This document shows positions 23,817 through 35,888 of a stretch of DNA of 64,000 nt, piece after piece; position 1 is the first letter of the stretch, and each line of letters starts with the position of its first letter. A model generated the notes under the pieces. That model saw nothing but the letters and a program-made list of their open reading frames with translations. It searched no databases and was not told the origin of the DNA. Source of the DNA: Ruditapes philippinarum (taxonomy: Eukaryota); NCBI RefSeq assembly GCF_026571515.1, contig NW_026852306.1, positions 62,001 through 126,000 on the forward strand, read 5' to 3'. The translations under genes were made by a program, and so were the position numbers.

Positions 23817-26416
23817 AGTTTTACTGATTAAATTGATGTGATTTGCACGTCAGGGTGTGTGTGCAATATGCACAAATACAAACAAAATGAATTAAATTAA
23901 GTCAGTGCACAGAGCGGTGATTCTAATACAACATTCATTTGATTAACAAAGTTATCAGAATTTGGTAATTTATGGGTCAATTAGCAATTCATGGTTTAAT
24001 TTGAAGACAATCAATTGTAATTAAGAAGAAATTAAAATATCGGTGACCGCCATTGTCTCAGTGAGACACCAGCTCGCCTGACCTTGTTTGTTCATAAACT
24101 CTGTTCCATACATACAAACAAAACAAAGCAAAGCAAAAAAGGTCAATACAATATATTTATTTAAAGGCAAATTATACAATACATTACAAAATTTTATTCA
24201 GCATAAAACATAATTATGCGATTTAGAAAGGGCGCACATGACAACGTTAAAATAAGAGTTAAAGAGCATGTTTGATTTTTCGTACTTGAAGAAAAGCGTG
24301 TACTATAAAATAATAAGTGATAAAAGTTACGAAACGTAAACAAAGCAGTTTTTTTACTTCATACAATATACTAAATCATATAATTATACTAATTGCTTAA
24401 AGTAAATGGCTAAATATTATTTTTATCGAAACTGTTACAAGCCCCCAAAATAAAAAGCTTTTGAAATATGAAAATAAAAGTATCTATAGGGCAAAGTGGG
24501 CCTTCAATAATTAATAAAATACAAGCATGTTGTTCTATATAAATGCGGGACCTGAATTATCGCAACAAAACATATCTTTCCATTTAAGTGTACACCTAGA
24601 TAATGATTAAATAAAAAGTTGTCGAAAGAAATAAATAAATAAAATAGTATAAATAAATTGAAGTAAATAAACCGGCGTCATTTTGGGTTCAAGATGTCAT
24701 GTATATGACGTCATACGACGTGACGTGACAATGTTTCTTTTTTTACACTACGCATATACCGTATATTTGCACACTTGAGAGTAAGTACAATATTGTTTCA
24801 CGAGAAATGTAAGAATAAATAGTTAAAAATTATTGTATTGCTTTAAATAAATGTAAAAACCAATATTAAAATAAAAATATATCTATAGGCTTACATCAAA
24901 AGCAAAAAGGTTGGGTAACAAGTTAGTAAGCACTTTACAAGCTTATTTAAGATAAAAGTACAATGATATTATAACCTGCCAAATTATCTCGGATACATAC
25001 AAAATTATTTATGACAGCAACAGTTTAAGTTTGAACCTACCTATAGTTAACTAATTAGCTAAACTGGTACGGTCCGGACTCCTTTTACAGAAGAAATTAG
25101 AACAGCCCGCTGTTTACACCTCAACAACACGTTTGCCTCAGATTACTGCCGTCTTTGGAAGTATGTGAATTCAGGTTATTTTTTCTGTGCGTTAAAAGTC
25201 ATGACGGTATGTAGATTTATATGAATATTTTGGTAATTTTTTTTTGACAAATATACATATCATAATTATATCAATGTTAAAACAATACATGGTTATTTTT
25301 TCATAGATGTTTATCTGTTAGGATTGTACGCTGAAATTAATTTTACCTTTATTCAAACGTTGTTGACCGTTTAATCGTTGGTAAACGTTTAGATTACATT
25401 CATTTTGTATTTGCGGTGCGATTTGCAATGTATTAAGCATAAGAAACATAAAAAAGGGTTTCAAATCAGTTGACTTCTTGACAAAAAAGCACATTTTTTG
25501 CATATACAAAACGTATATTTTTATTACTTTTATTACCAAAGTAAGACAAATTTGGAAATCTAGACAAATCGGAAAAATGTGCGTCTTATCGCTTGTGATG
25601 TGTAATATGAATTAATTTAGAGTCGGTTATGGATACCCATATGGGCGATTCATAGAAATACTTTAAAGAGACGTTTGGGAAATCTTTGTTGGAAGATAGT
25701 GCTTATTTTACAGATATGTCTCCATTCCAGAAGAAAAGATCGGTTCTTTGACTCTTTCACATATAAAGAGAAAAGATCCGTTTCTAAGAAAGGAAAATTT
25801 CTATTTGATTAAACGCCTGTTGTTATGACAATATTCAATTGCTTTGTACATAGACGCGTTACAATTATTTCTAAAATATCAGTTATAGATACAGTTATAA
25901 ATACAGTTCTGAAATAAATGTGTCAATAATGCACATACATGTATGTTCATAAGAAAATAAAAGTGTTTATGTTACAAAAAAATCATAGAAAATGGATCAG
26001 GTGGAATACATGTATATGTAAACAAATGGCCATGTTTAACTTATTAGGAATAAAATCTGTAACTTAATCAATTGTTTAGAATAAACTTATATTTTACAAG
26101 TCGTATTAGTTTCATAATTATGTCTCTTTTGTACACTCAGGTATTCTAGAAAAGTTTAGAAAGTACCAAGTTTTCTGTTTTCTTTCGAAATTTAACATGC
26201 TCTAAAACATGATCAAACCCAAGTTTGCCCTTTTGCCCAAAGTAAAACAAAATTCGTTTCTGCGTTTAAATATTTCGTCTAAAAGACTGTTTCTATGGTT
26301 ATTTTGAGTTGTAAATAATCAATTTCACGGGCCTTAAATAAGAAGTCTGACAATTCTTCCACTGAGCAAAAGTGCCCGCTTTGTCAAGTTGTTTTATTGT
26401 TGTTGTTTATTTATAG

Positions 26417-26491
26417 ATTTACAACAAGAATGGAAGCTTAGCAGTAACACTAGTGCAACAATTGACAACAGCAACTACCAGAACAGCGCAG
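26417..26491 (+). other. Probable upstream exon (5' UTR or N-terminal extension) of the 7TM receptor gene
   Basis: ttatttatAG ... cgcag|GTaaat, 75 nt. Open in the receptor frame (IYNKNGSLAVTLVQQLTTATTRTAQ) but with no in-frame ATG; contains an out-of-frame mini-uORF ATG GAA GCT TAG. Confidence 0.45.
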
Positions 26492-26688
26492 GTAAATAAA
26501 CATTAATATCTTCAAGGGCGAGGACGTGAATTAGTTGAACGTTTGGTGCTAGAGAGCGAAATGGTGACAAAATTGACAAAATGGCTGAATTCTAAAATCG
26601 ACTGTATCAAATTAATTGCATTGTTGAATGCACATGCTAAAAAAAATTCAAAATAACATACAAAAACAATTTTGCGTCAGTTTGTTAA

Positions 26689-26767
26689 CGTAAAGTTCGC
26701 TTTTTAACACCCGCCGTTTAATTAATAACAAATGAAAACCGGCGGGTATTAAAAAACGAACTTTACG
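26689..26767. repeat. 28-bp inverted repeat (hairpin) with ~23-nt loop
   Basis: cgtaaagttcgctttttaacacccgccg and cggcgggtattaaaaaacgaactttacg, 2 mismatches. Confidence 0.9.
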
Positions 26768-27516
26768 GGGAAAAAACATGGTTACATTCGGATAGATTTG
26801 ACTGCTATTGATTGGTTAAGATCGTCTTCGCCCCGGAACCAAGTGCATATGGCTTGAGCCAAGTGGGCAACTGCTTTAATTGTCACCGTTTTCATGCATT
26901 ATAACACACCCCTACTAAACAGTGGCTCTTTCACATTTTGGTGATCTGTTTAAATGAGAGCCTTCAACGCTTCAGTCCGCTGAAAAAGCAGTTCTACACA
27001 TTTTCCAAAAATATCCTGTTTAAAGAATTTGCTTGTTTTTCAAATATCGAAGAATGCTATGACATGTAGAACAATTCGCAGCTCAAAGCCTTTGTTAAGT
27101 ATGTGTGTACTAGAATGGTTACTGAATAAAGGCATAATTTAACTTGTTTCTTATTTTCGCATCATTCAATGGTAACAATAATTATAGTTATCATTATCAT
27201 AATTTGGTAAAGATGATTTTGAATGACTTACCTTTGACTTATGTTTTTTTTTACATTTTGTTTTAATTCCTAAAATACTTGGTTTGATTCTTCAATGTCA
27301 TTTCAATGTAATCTATAGTATCAATATTTCTTTAGATTCGTATCAGGGACAGACCAAATTACTAAATTAAATGTAATTTGAACTTGTGGTCCAACCCTTT
27401 TTCTTTCAAAATGATTTTTTATACTTTTCCTATATACAATGTATTTGCATTGTACATCTTGTTTAAAAAAATGAAAGGAATGACATATGTTTAAACTAAA
27501 CATATGTTTTCAGGCA

Positions 27517-29223
27517 ATGAACAAAACCAATGTTACAGGCGGTGCAGCCCCCGGTCCCGGTGTTGGCATACAACTTGACGATGAGGATGACTTTGCCGAA
27601 CGGGATGTAGATAAATGGAACAATGTGCAGAAAATCGTCGTGGTAAGTGTATCTTTAGAGTAGTCATCTCTGCTTATTGACCAAGCCCCCTATTGCATTT
27701 ATATAACATATTAATCAGGCATTGGTAACCAAACTTTGACATTCAATTACTTTAGAATATATTTGAAGCTTTGCACCTCAGCATACAATCATAAAAATGC
27801 TATTTATTCAAGTTAAAGAAATGGAAATAATGAAGAGAATTCCTTTTTTTCCATATCAAAATATATAGTTAGGAGCACAGACGTCACATGATGATGAAAG
27901 TCATATGACGTAACGTCGAAATTCAAATGTAAATATCGGCCGTTACATAGAAAATCAATCGTCATTTTTTCCCTTTCTGTTTTATTTTTAAATTTTCGTA
28001 CCTACGTTCGTTATTGTTTGTCAAAAAATATCAAAATTATACAAAATAATGAACAATAAATTCAAAGCCTAAAAAATATAAAATATCAAAATATTGATAA
28101 AATTGTTTGTGATGGCAGGGATCTCTGTACTAATAAGGGAAGATAATTACGTAGGAGATAATATTCTACGCTTAATGCTGGATTCCAAATGACCAATCAA
28201 ACTAGGAATAACTTTAAATGGAGCACTTTAAATTTTAAAGAACTATTTTCTATGCTGATCCTATTTTATGTGTTCTATTTTTAGATTCTTTATGACGTGA
28301 ACATTGCATTTGCCATTATCCAATCAGTGATAGGCCTACTTCTATTCCTCACTATCCTTGACAAGAACCTGCGGGGAAAATCACAAATGTGGTACCTGTA
28401 TCACTTGACGTTACTCGTTATTTTCACCGGACTTTTTCTTCACCCATTTGCACACGGTGAGAATTATACAAAGGACAAACAGAGTTGTTACTTTTTGATG
28501 TACAGTGCGGAGTATATCTTTTTTGGTGTAGGGATGAACGTTATTCTAGTAAATTTGGAAATATTTTTCACAAAGATTCTTACGCTTCAGAAATGGGAGT
28601 CTAACCCGTTCTACAGATTTTTAATGTCGATGGCGCTCGGGTGGCTTATCGTCTGTATGATTATTTCCCACGTGATTATCAATAACAATTATGGAAGTCA
28701 GGACAAATACAAGTTCTGTTTTGTCCTCAAAGACCTATCAGTTCGACGGGCAAGAATTGTCTTTCGCGCTCTCATACCGGCAATCGTCTGCTTCCTGTTT
28801 TTAATTTGCACCGTAGTTACGTATTACCTGAAACGGTCACGGATCACTTTTACGACAATGACTGGTGAGTTGAAGGAAATCCGGACAGAGAGCCGCGACG
28901 ACGAATCACAATGGCTTATGTGTCAAGTCTTCATAAACATTGTGTATTTGACTCGAGCACTAACCATTGTGGCTTTACACTTCAACGGTATCATACGTAC
29001 TCCGGATGAATATTTAGTTGTTGTATTTGTTATATTTGTTCATGTACAAACACTGTACACTTTACCATTCTGCATGTTTTTCATTTACGACGTGCGCCAG
29101 TCACTGAAATGTCTCCTACTCAAGGTCATACAAAAATTGTCGTTTGGTAAACTAAGGGTAGGAGATGACTTGGAGAATCTGGCTGTAAGTTTTGGAAACC
29201 CATCCCATGTCGGGACCGATTAG
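27517..29223 (+). CDS. Divergent rhodopsin-like (class A) 7TM receptor; exons 27517-27642 and 28285-29223; 354 aa
   Basis: N-terminus MNKTNVT with two N-glycosylation sequons; seven hydrophobic segments; ICL1 KNLRGK..W.YL..L; TM3 Cys (QSCY) and ECL2 Cys (KFCF); TM4 Trp; TM5 Pro (LIPAI); helix-8-like DVRQSL. DRY and NPxxY are degenerate (EIF, LPFCMF). GT-AG phase 0 intron. Confidence 0.8.
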
Positions 29224-30764
29224 GAGATTAATTTTGAGTATTACATTAACTTAAACATATAATGATGAAGTTCAAGCTTCGTAATAGATTTATTATCAAT
29301 GATATACTAGTAGTTTCCAATATGCATATATTTGTATACAACAATTAAACAGATATATAGTCGTATGTGTTGTTGATTTTAAATATAAGAAAAACCATAT
29401 GACGTCTTAGTAAATGTGCCGCATTTTCATGATAAGTTTGTGAAAGCACTAAAGAGTATAGGCCTAGATTTGTTAGACATTGTCATGGAATTTCTTTTTT
29501 TCAAGTACGGAATTTAAGAAGACTGATCACCAAGCGTATCTGAATACATGAATTTGTTGCGTTACTTCAAATGAATATGCTCAAAAATTGCCGATCAAGT
29601 CCAGGCTGTTAAACGTGTATAAATAGAAATAGATACCAAGGTTTTGTTTTAAGAGAATTAAGTATACTTAAGCTATGCAACATTTTAGTTTATAGACGTC
29701 TGGATGCATTATACAGAAACAAAATATGAAGGTCAGCATCAGCAATGTATTACCTAATCCCTAGCCTTCGTAACTCGGAGAATAACGGAATTTTTATATC
29801 TAGATCGGAACTTTTTTTCCCACAACCTATGGAAACAAAAAGATATATAAATTAACCCTAAATGCTCCCGGCACGGCAAGATGGGTTTTAGCCCAAGTAT
29901 TTTTGCGCGAAAACCAAAGCATCCGGCTTGGGCAGCGCGTAAAAGGGGGGTAATCATTTTTTCTTTTGAAAATGACTCATAAAATAGATAACCGTTGCAT
30001 TATGAACGAACGAGAAAGAATGAGCGGATTATCTGCTGAACAGTAAATGCAACATGTGTCAATTTTTGTGTCCTATAGTCATTCTTTTGATGTTACGGTA
30101 ATGTACAATGATACAGGTGACATTCCTCACTAACAAGGTAAAGATCTTTCGGAATGTAAAGTGAATTTGGCTAGTGTCAACATCCATTTTTAAGTTGGTA
30201 AGCATACTTTCCTCTTCTTTTTTTACATATTTTGCAAGTTATATGCTACTTAATTGAGGCTCTGTGAAAGTTGCAGATAAGTTTTAAACATGGTTATCTA
30301 TACATGCAATATATGTTTTGAAGGCCATAGCTTTAAAGATGCAAATGCAACTCACCTGACTAAAGTTATTTAAACTTTTGCCTAATTAAAAATAAAGTCT
30401 ACGTACCAAAAGTAGTTAAATTACCAAGAAGCATACTAAATTTAACTTTGTGTAGAGGTTTATATAAAATCTACGTAAGAAAAATAGTCAAAACATGACC
30501 TTTTTGCAAGGAGCATAACTAACATTACTTTGCGTAACGGTATATTGAAAATAAAAACAAAAAATAATTTATACATGTAAAAAGCAAAAGCGGCGTGCCT
30601 AATTAAACGACATTTTTGATTGGCTGACTACACTGAATGTAGCAACATATAGATCTACATGTGTTATTTATGATTCATCCTTTCGTTAAACCCAACAGCT
30701 GATTATCGCCGAAAATTAGATATTCTGCCAGGTGAAAACTTTTGTTTAGAAAACGAAAGTAGCC

Positions 30765-33700
30765 ATGTACCCGGATATAGAACCGTTTTCGACTGGGATG
30801 TTAAAAGTGTCTGAACTTCACAGTATCTACTATGAGGAGTCCGGAAATAAAGATGGCAACCCAGTTGTTTTTCTGTAAGTACATTTTAAAACAGATTTAC
30901 AATCCATTAATCATATTACAAATTATGATAACATTTTCGCAATTTATCTTTTTTAATTAAGTTAAATATATTTAAAGTTTCTATTTATTTGAAGTTTCTA
31001 TCAGTAGAGCACCGATCAATATAAACCGTCATAATACCATTTGTTTTTAAATTGCAGTTTAATTGCAATTAATTCCTAGGAATAAGTTGCATTTACTACA
31101 ATGTACATGTACACAGTTTTAGAAAATAATGGGCAACAATCCCTTTTTACAGCTTAATTCTGTTCGGTCTGTTCCGTCATATTTCGGTAAAATACGTACA
31201 GACACAAAATGATATCAGACGAAATGATATTATATTTATCGTCTGGTAACTTATAATTTATTCAACAACTTGTCCCTATTTTATGACCAGGTCAAGATAC
31301 TGTACATGTTTGATTAGTACCTATTTATACAATCAATGTACATAATCTTAATGATACAAATTTCACAGCGTTTATGTGGGGGACTTTGAAGCACATATTC
31401 ATATTAAACCAGTATTTAGTTGGGTTTTTTATTAAGAAGAAAAATCCAAACAAATATGTTTGTTCAATATTTGATACCCTTTATATACAAAAATAAGGAT
31501 TTTTTTTTACAAAAACAAGAAGTTCAAATGTGTATAAAAACTTGTACGTTGTCAAATGCATATTATTTGAAATTGATTTTGTAAATGATAAAACATTTCT
31601 TTTTAATTATTGACTCTTCGAGCATGTAACCAAATCCTAAATATTAATGATCTTGACTTTTTAGAAAATTTCGCTGGTAATTAAAACTGTACATACTGCA
31701 TATACTAAAATATGCATAGGTAATTGATATTCATTTTAATTTTAATAAGAGTGCATATACAACATGCAGTAATATAGCAAATAATGAACAAGTGAAATAA
31801 TAATTACAATGTAATATCATCATTAAACAGACATAAACTAATATACTTGTAACATGTGAGTTAAGAAACAAAACACATTTGAGCCGCGTCACGACAAAAT
31901 CAACATAGTGGGTTTGCGACCAGCATGGATCCAGACCAGTCAGATCAGGATCCATGCTGTTCGCTATCAGATTCTCTACTTGTAATAGCGTTTGTAAGCG
32001 AACAGCATGGATCCTGATCAGACTGCGCGGATGCGCAGGCTGGTCTGGATCCATGCTGGTCGCAAACCCATTATGTTGGTTTTGTCATTACGCGGCTCAT
32101 TTTTTCTCGTATAGGCATGGAGGACCAGGATGGGGTACTACAACTAGAGACCGTACATTTTTCGACCCTAAAGTTTACAGAATTATTCTTATAGACCAAA
32201 GAGGAACTGGAAAATCAACCCCAGCAGCCGAAATAAGAGTGAGCATTATCCAGAAGTAGTTCAAATTTATCGTGTACCAAATCTGAAAAAAAATTATGTC
32301 GGATCTTTCACCTAGCATACAGATTTTTTACTCATAAAATTTGTTTTTACGTCGACCATACCGTCAAGGATAACTATTTACGAGAAAGATATCTTGATAT
32401 TCATAAATGCACAAAATGATAATCAAATGTAGAAAAGAGATAAGAAACCGGTGTCGCGTAAAAATCACGCACTTGTTGATAATTTAATTTCGCGCATGAA
32501 TTTGTTATCTTACTTTCATTATGCATTTTACCTGTCCTGTTTTGAATTTGGAACATTCCATTACAAGATTAAGGAATTTCAATATCAAAGAATAGCCACT
32601 AAGCAGCAGAAATTAAATGGCTAACCAGGGCTGCGTTTCGTGGTGAAACCCTAAGGATAAATCAGATAAAGGAACCTTGTAAGAAATATATCCATGGATA
32701 GGATAACAAATAAAACTATGATTTTTAGGAAAACACAACTTGGGATCTTGTAAATGATATGGAACAACTTAGACAAAAACTCAATATAGATAAATGGGTT
32801 GTATTTGGAGGAAGCTGGGGATCAACTATGGCCTTAATCTATGCTGAAGCACATCCAGATAGAGTGAAGGCCCTTATAATCCGTGGAATTTACACATTTA
32901 GAAGGTGAGTACGAAGGGTAAAACTTCAAATGAAAATTACTTAATGCCGTGTTGCATTGTCATGTTCCGTGCTGCAGAGTCCAATGTCGTGTTGCATTGT
33001 CATATATTGTATCGTATCGTCAAGTGTCGTGTCGTGTTGCTATTTGTTACGTAAAATGCAGAAATCTTATTAATAGACCTCCTTCAACCAAGACGATAAA
33101 TAAGTATTTTCGATACAATGTTTTTGTCGACCATCAATCACCTATTGTCTATGAATCCATGTACCGATGATGTAAATCATTGCGATAAATATGTCCATTT
33201 TGGTTTACTTTTGAACTGGGCTTTACTTATTTCAGGCGGGAACTGGCGTGGTTCTATCAAGACGGAGCAAGTTTTGTATTTCCAGATGCATATGAAGAAT
33301 TTGTGAAGCCGATTCCTGAGGTAATATATCACTAACAGTTCCAATGTTTACAGCAATAGTTGCGGTATGTTTGGTGGCTGATGTACGCCATGCTATTTTG
33401 CATTTTGCCAACTGTGCCGTATCGTTTTGTATTTACATTCTCGACGCGAACAAAAGCAGAAGGATGACAAAATCAGACAAAATACGACACATATAGCGTG
33501 TCTTTTATTCGTATTGCATCTTCCGTGTCTTTGTTTTTTCGCGGCAAAAATGCAACAATACAAAAACACGAAGAAACGACAATCAAACTTTGTCCTGTTT
33601 TCACTTTTAACGTTTTTTCCTTTATTGCATTTCCGCTTTTCGTTGCACATTTACATTTTTGTATTTTTGCTTTTATTAGTTTGATATACTAAAGTATTTT

Positions 33701-35888
33701 ATATCGATTGTGTTGGAAGCTTTAAGCTTATTAAAGCACTTTCGAATCCGCACTGAACCAACCAGAACTAAGCAATGGGTGTAAAGTTTGTTTTTTGTTT
33801 TGTTTGTTTTTTCTCTCGGAAACAACGGCTTGCCCCTAACGGGGTTTGAACCCACGCGGCCAGCTATCCTTGTCCGACGCGTTAAGCAATCGGCCACGCC
33901 GCCACTATTTTTGCTTTGTTACATTCTTCTTGTGTTTACTGTATGTTTGAGTTTTACTTCTCTCCACTGCTCTTTTTACTTGCATATTGCTAAACCTGAG
34001 CACAACAACAAGAAGCGACACTCCTCTACATCCGCCTTACATTTCTTTATTACAATGATCGAATATCACTGAGAGCTCAGTTTCCTTGTTACCATTACAG
34101 ACTGAGAGATACGACATTATTGGTGCATTTTATCGTAGGTTAACTGGCAATGACGAGAAGGCAAAATTAGACTGTGGAAGGGCCTGGGGGATATGGGCCA
34201 TCATGACAGCTCGGCTTTACATTGACCAACACGCTCTTGGTCAAATAGAGCAAAATTTAGAAAGTTGGGTACAGAAAGCAACTATAGAATGGTAAAATGT
34301 TATTTAAAACTTCAAAGTTCGTAAGATTAGGGAGTTTTACAATTGTTTGTATAACAGAATAGATCGAATGTATGTCTCGATGCATATATGACATTGACCT
34401 TTGATCTTTGTTTAGGCTTGTCATAGTCATTTTGTTTATCTACATTCAAACATGTGAACAAAGACCACCTAAAGGAGAGACCAAACAACATTGCCCATGA
34501 CTTTACTGGTGAAGGGTGACCCCAGGCGCGCCTCTGAACATTATTTCAGGCAAAAACGGGTACCTGAATAAAATCACCGTCATATCTTAAGATAGCTTGG
34601 TAGATTTCTCACATGACGAATCCGAAGACGCTAAAGCGGCTTTAACCAACAGCGGTGAGAGGCAAGTGGTTTAAGTCTAACGACCTTAACCACTCAGACA
34701 CGGACGACGTGCAAACATTATAAACAAAACGTGCGAAGATGATAAATGATATGCAAATAAAATAATATATTTTGTGTCCATTTTTTTCACTAGCCACTAT
34801 GTTGTAAACAGTGCATTCCTGAAGACCGATGACCAAATTTTATCGAATGTTGACAAGATACGTCACATTCCAACGAGTATTATCCATGGTAGATATGATA
34901 TTATCTGTCCCACAGAGACGGCATGGCAACTTCACAAGGTAAATGTCGTCAGAATAGACAGACATGGTATGTGACGTCATTTCTTAACAGTATAGCAAGC
35001 AGCAGTTGAGCACGCATACCCATTTCTTTCTTTATATTAAAGACCACAGTTTGGGTCCAACATTTTTCATTAACATTTTTTCTCAGAACTGAGGACGCAC
35101 TTTATAGCTGCTTGTAATATCTTTAAAATGACGTCACATACCTCATGGTTCTGTCACGATTGTCACAAACAAATAAATGCATCAGTCTATTATTGGAATA
35201 TCAACCCCACAATCGGACAAGTGCAAAGGGAAGAAACTATTTGTTTACATTTCCACAGTCCCGGCACTACCGGGCAAATACTGTACAGTAGTACTATAGT
35301 CTATAGTTTATTTTCGTGCCAACCAAAAAGCGTGCAATATGTGTCCTTACCCGAAGGACAAAGACAATGGTGGAAATTTAATCATCTGACTCAGTGGCTG
35401 TTCAAACAGGTTAAGATTTTGCAATGGATTTTTTAAACCAACATAATTATATGTCTTGTACTACTTAATAAATATTCAAATAAAGTTTCAACAGAGAATA
35501 TTTGCATAAGTATACTTGACAGTAGACACACTTTTATAATACGTATGCAAGATTGATATAAAATCCTGGAAAGACAGATATTTTTTTATTATTTCCCAGA
35601 AATAACAAATAGATCTTCATCAGAGTAGAATGTTAATTGATATGTTAGTGTCTTCGTGCTGTTTTTCTTAAATTACTGCTCTTTAAGCCCGTTACTAAAT
35701 TTAAAGCATATAAAGTATTTATAAATACGATTACATAACACATGTATGTTGCAATTTTTCAACCATGTCTATTTTAGCTCCTTCCTGACGCTGAATTTCA
35801 TTTAATACCTGATGGCGGACACAGTACCAAAGACAAAGGATTGGAAGAAAAATTGGTAGAAGTAACCGACAGATACAAATACTTGTAG
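30765..35888 (+). CDS. pip: Proline iminopeptidase / prolyl aminopeptidase (alpha/beta hydrolase, peptidase S33); exons 30765-30874, 32115-32238, 32729-32904, 33236-33320, 34101-34291, 34794-34938, 35778-35888; 313 aa
   Basis: MYPDIEPFSTGMLKVSELHSIYYEESGNKDGNPVVFLHGGPG, DQRGTGKSTP, NTTWDLV.DME.LR, GGSWGST (Ser), HGRYDIICP (Asp), DGGHS (His). All six introns are GT-AG with consistent phases; total 942 nt; AATAAA at ~35937. Confidence 0.95.
31880..32099. mobile_element. Palindromic MITE (same family as 23281-23495) at the 3' end of pip intron 1
   Basis: tgagccgcgtcacgacaaaatcaacatagtg ... ttggttttgtcattacgcggctca. Confidence 0.9.
33695..33905 (-). mobile_element. tRNA-derived SINE in pip intron 4
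   Basis: Minus strand: A-box TGGCCGATTGCTTAA, B-box GGTTCAAACCC, body ctttacacccattgcttagttctggttggttc, tail ggattcgaaagtgctttaataagc...acaatcgatataaaata. Confidence 0.75.
34495..34705 (-). mobile_element. tRNA-derived SINE with Meta-like central domain in pip intron 5
   Basis: Minus strand: ctgagtggttaaggtcgttagact...cacttgcctctcaccgctg head, then tgtgagaaatctaccaagct...caggtacccg...tgcctgaaataatgttcagaggcgcgcctggggtcacccttcacca, resembling the MetaSINE consensus as I recall it. Confidence 0.7.

Noticed and set aside
30765-35888. Recent horizontal transfer or contamination of a bacterial pip gene
   Set aside because: Six spliceosomal introns containing host SINEs and MITEs, and host-like composition. 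This S33 subfamily also occurs in other eukaryotes. An ancient transfer cannot be judged without a phylogeny.
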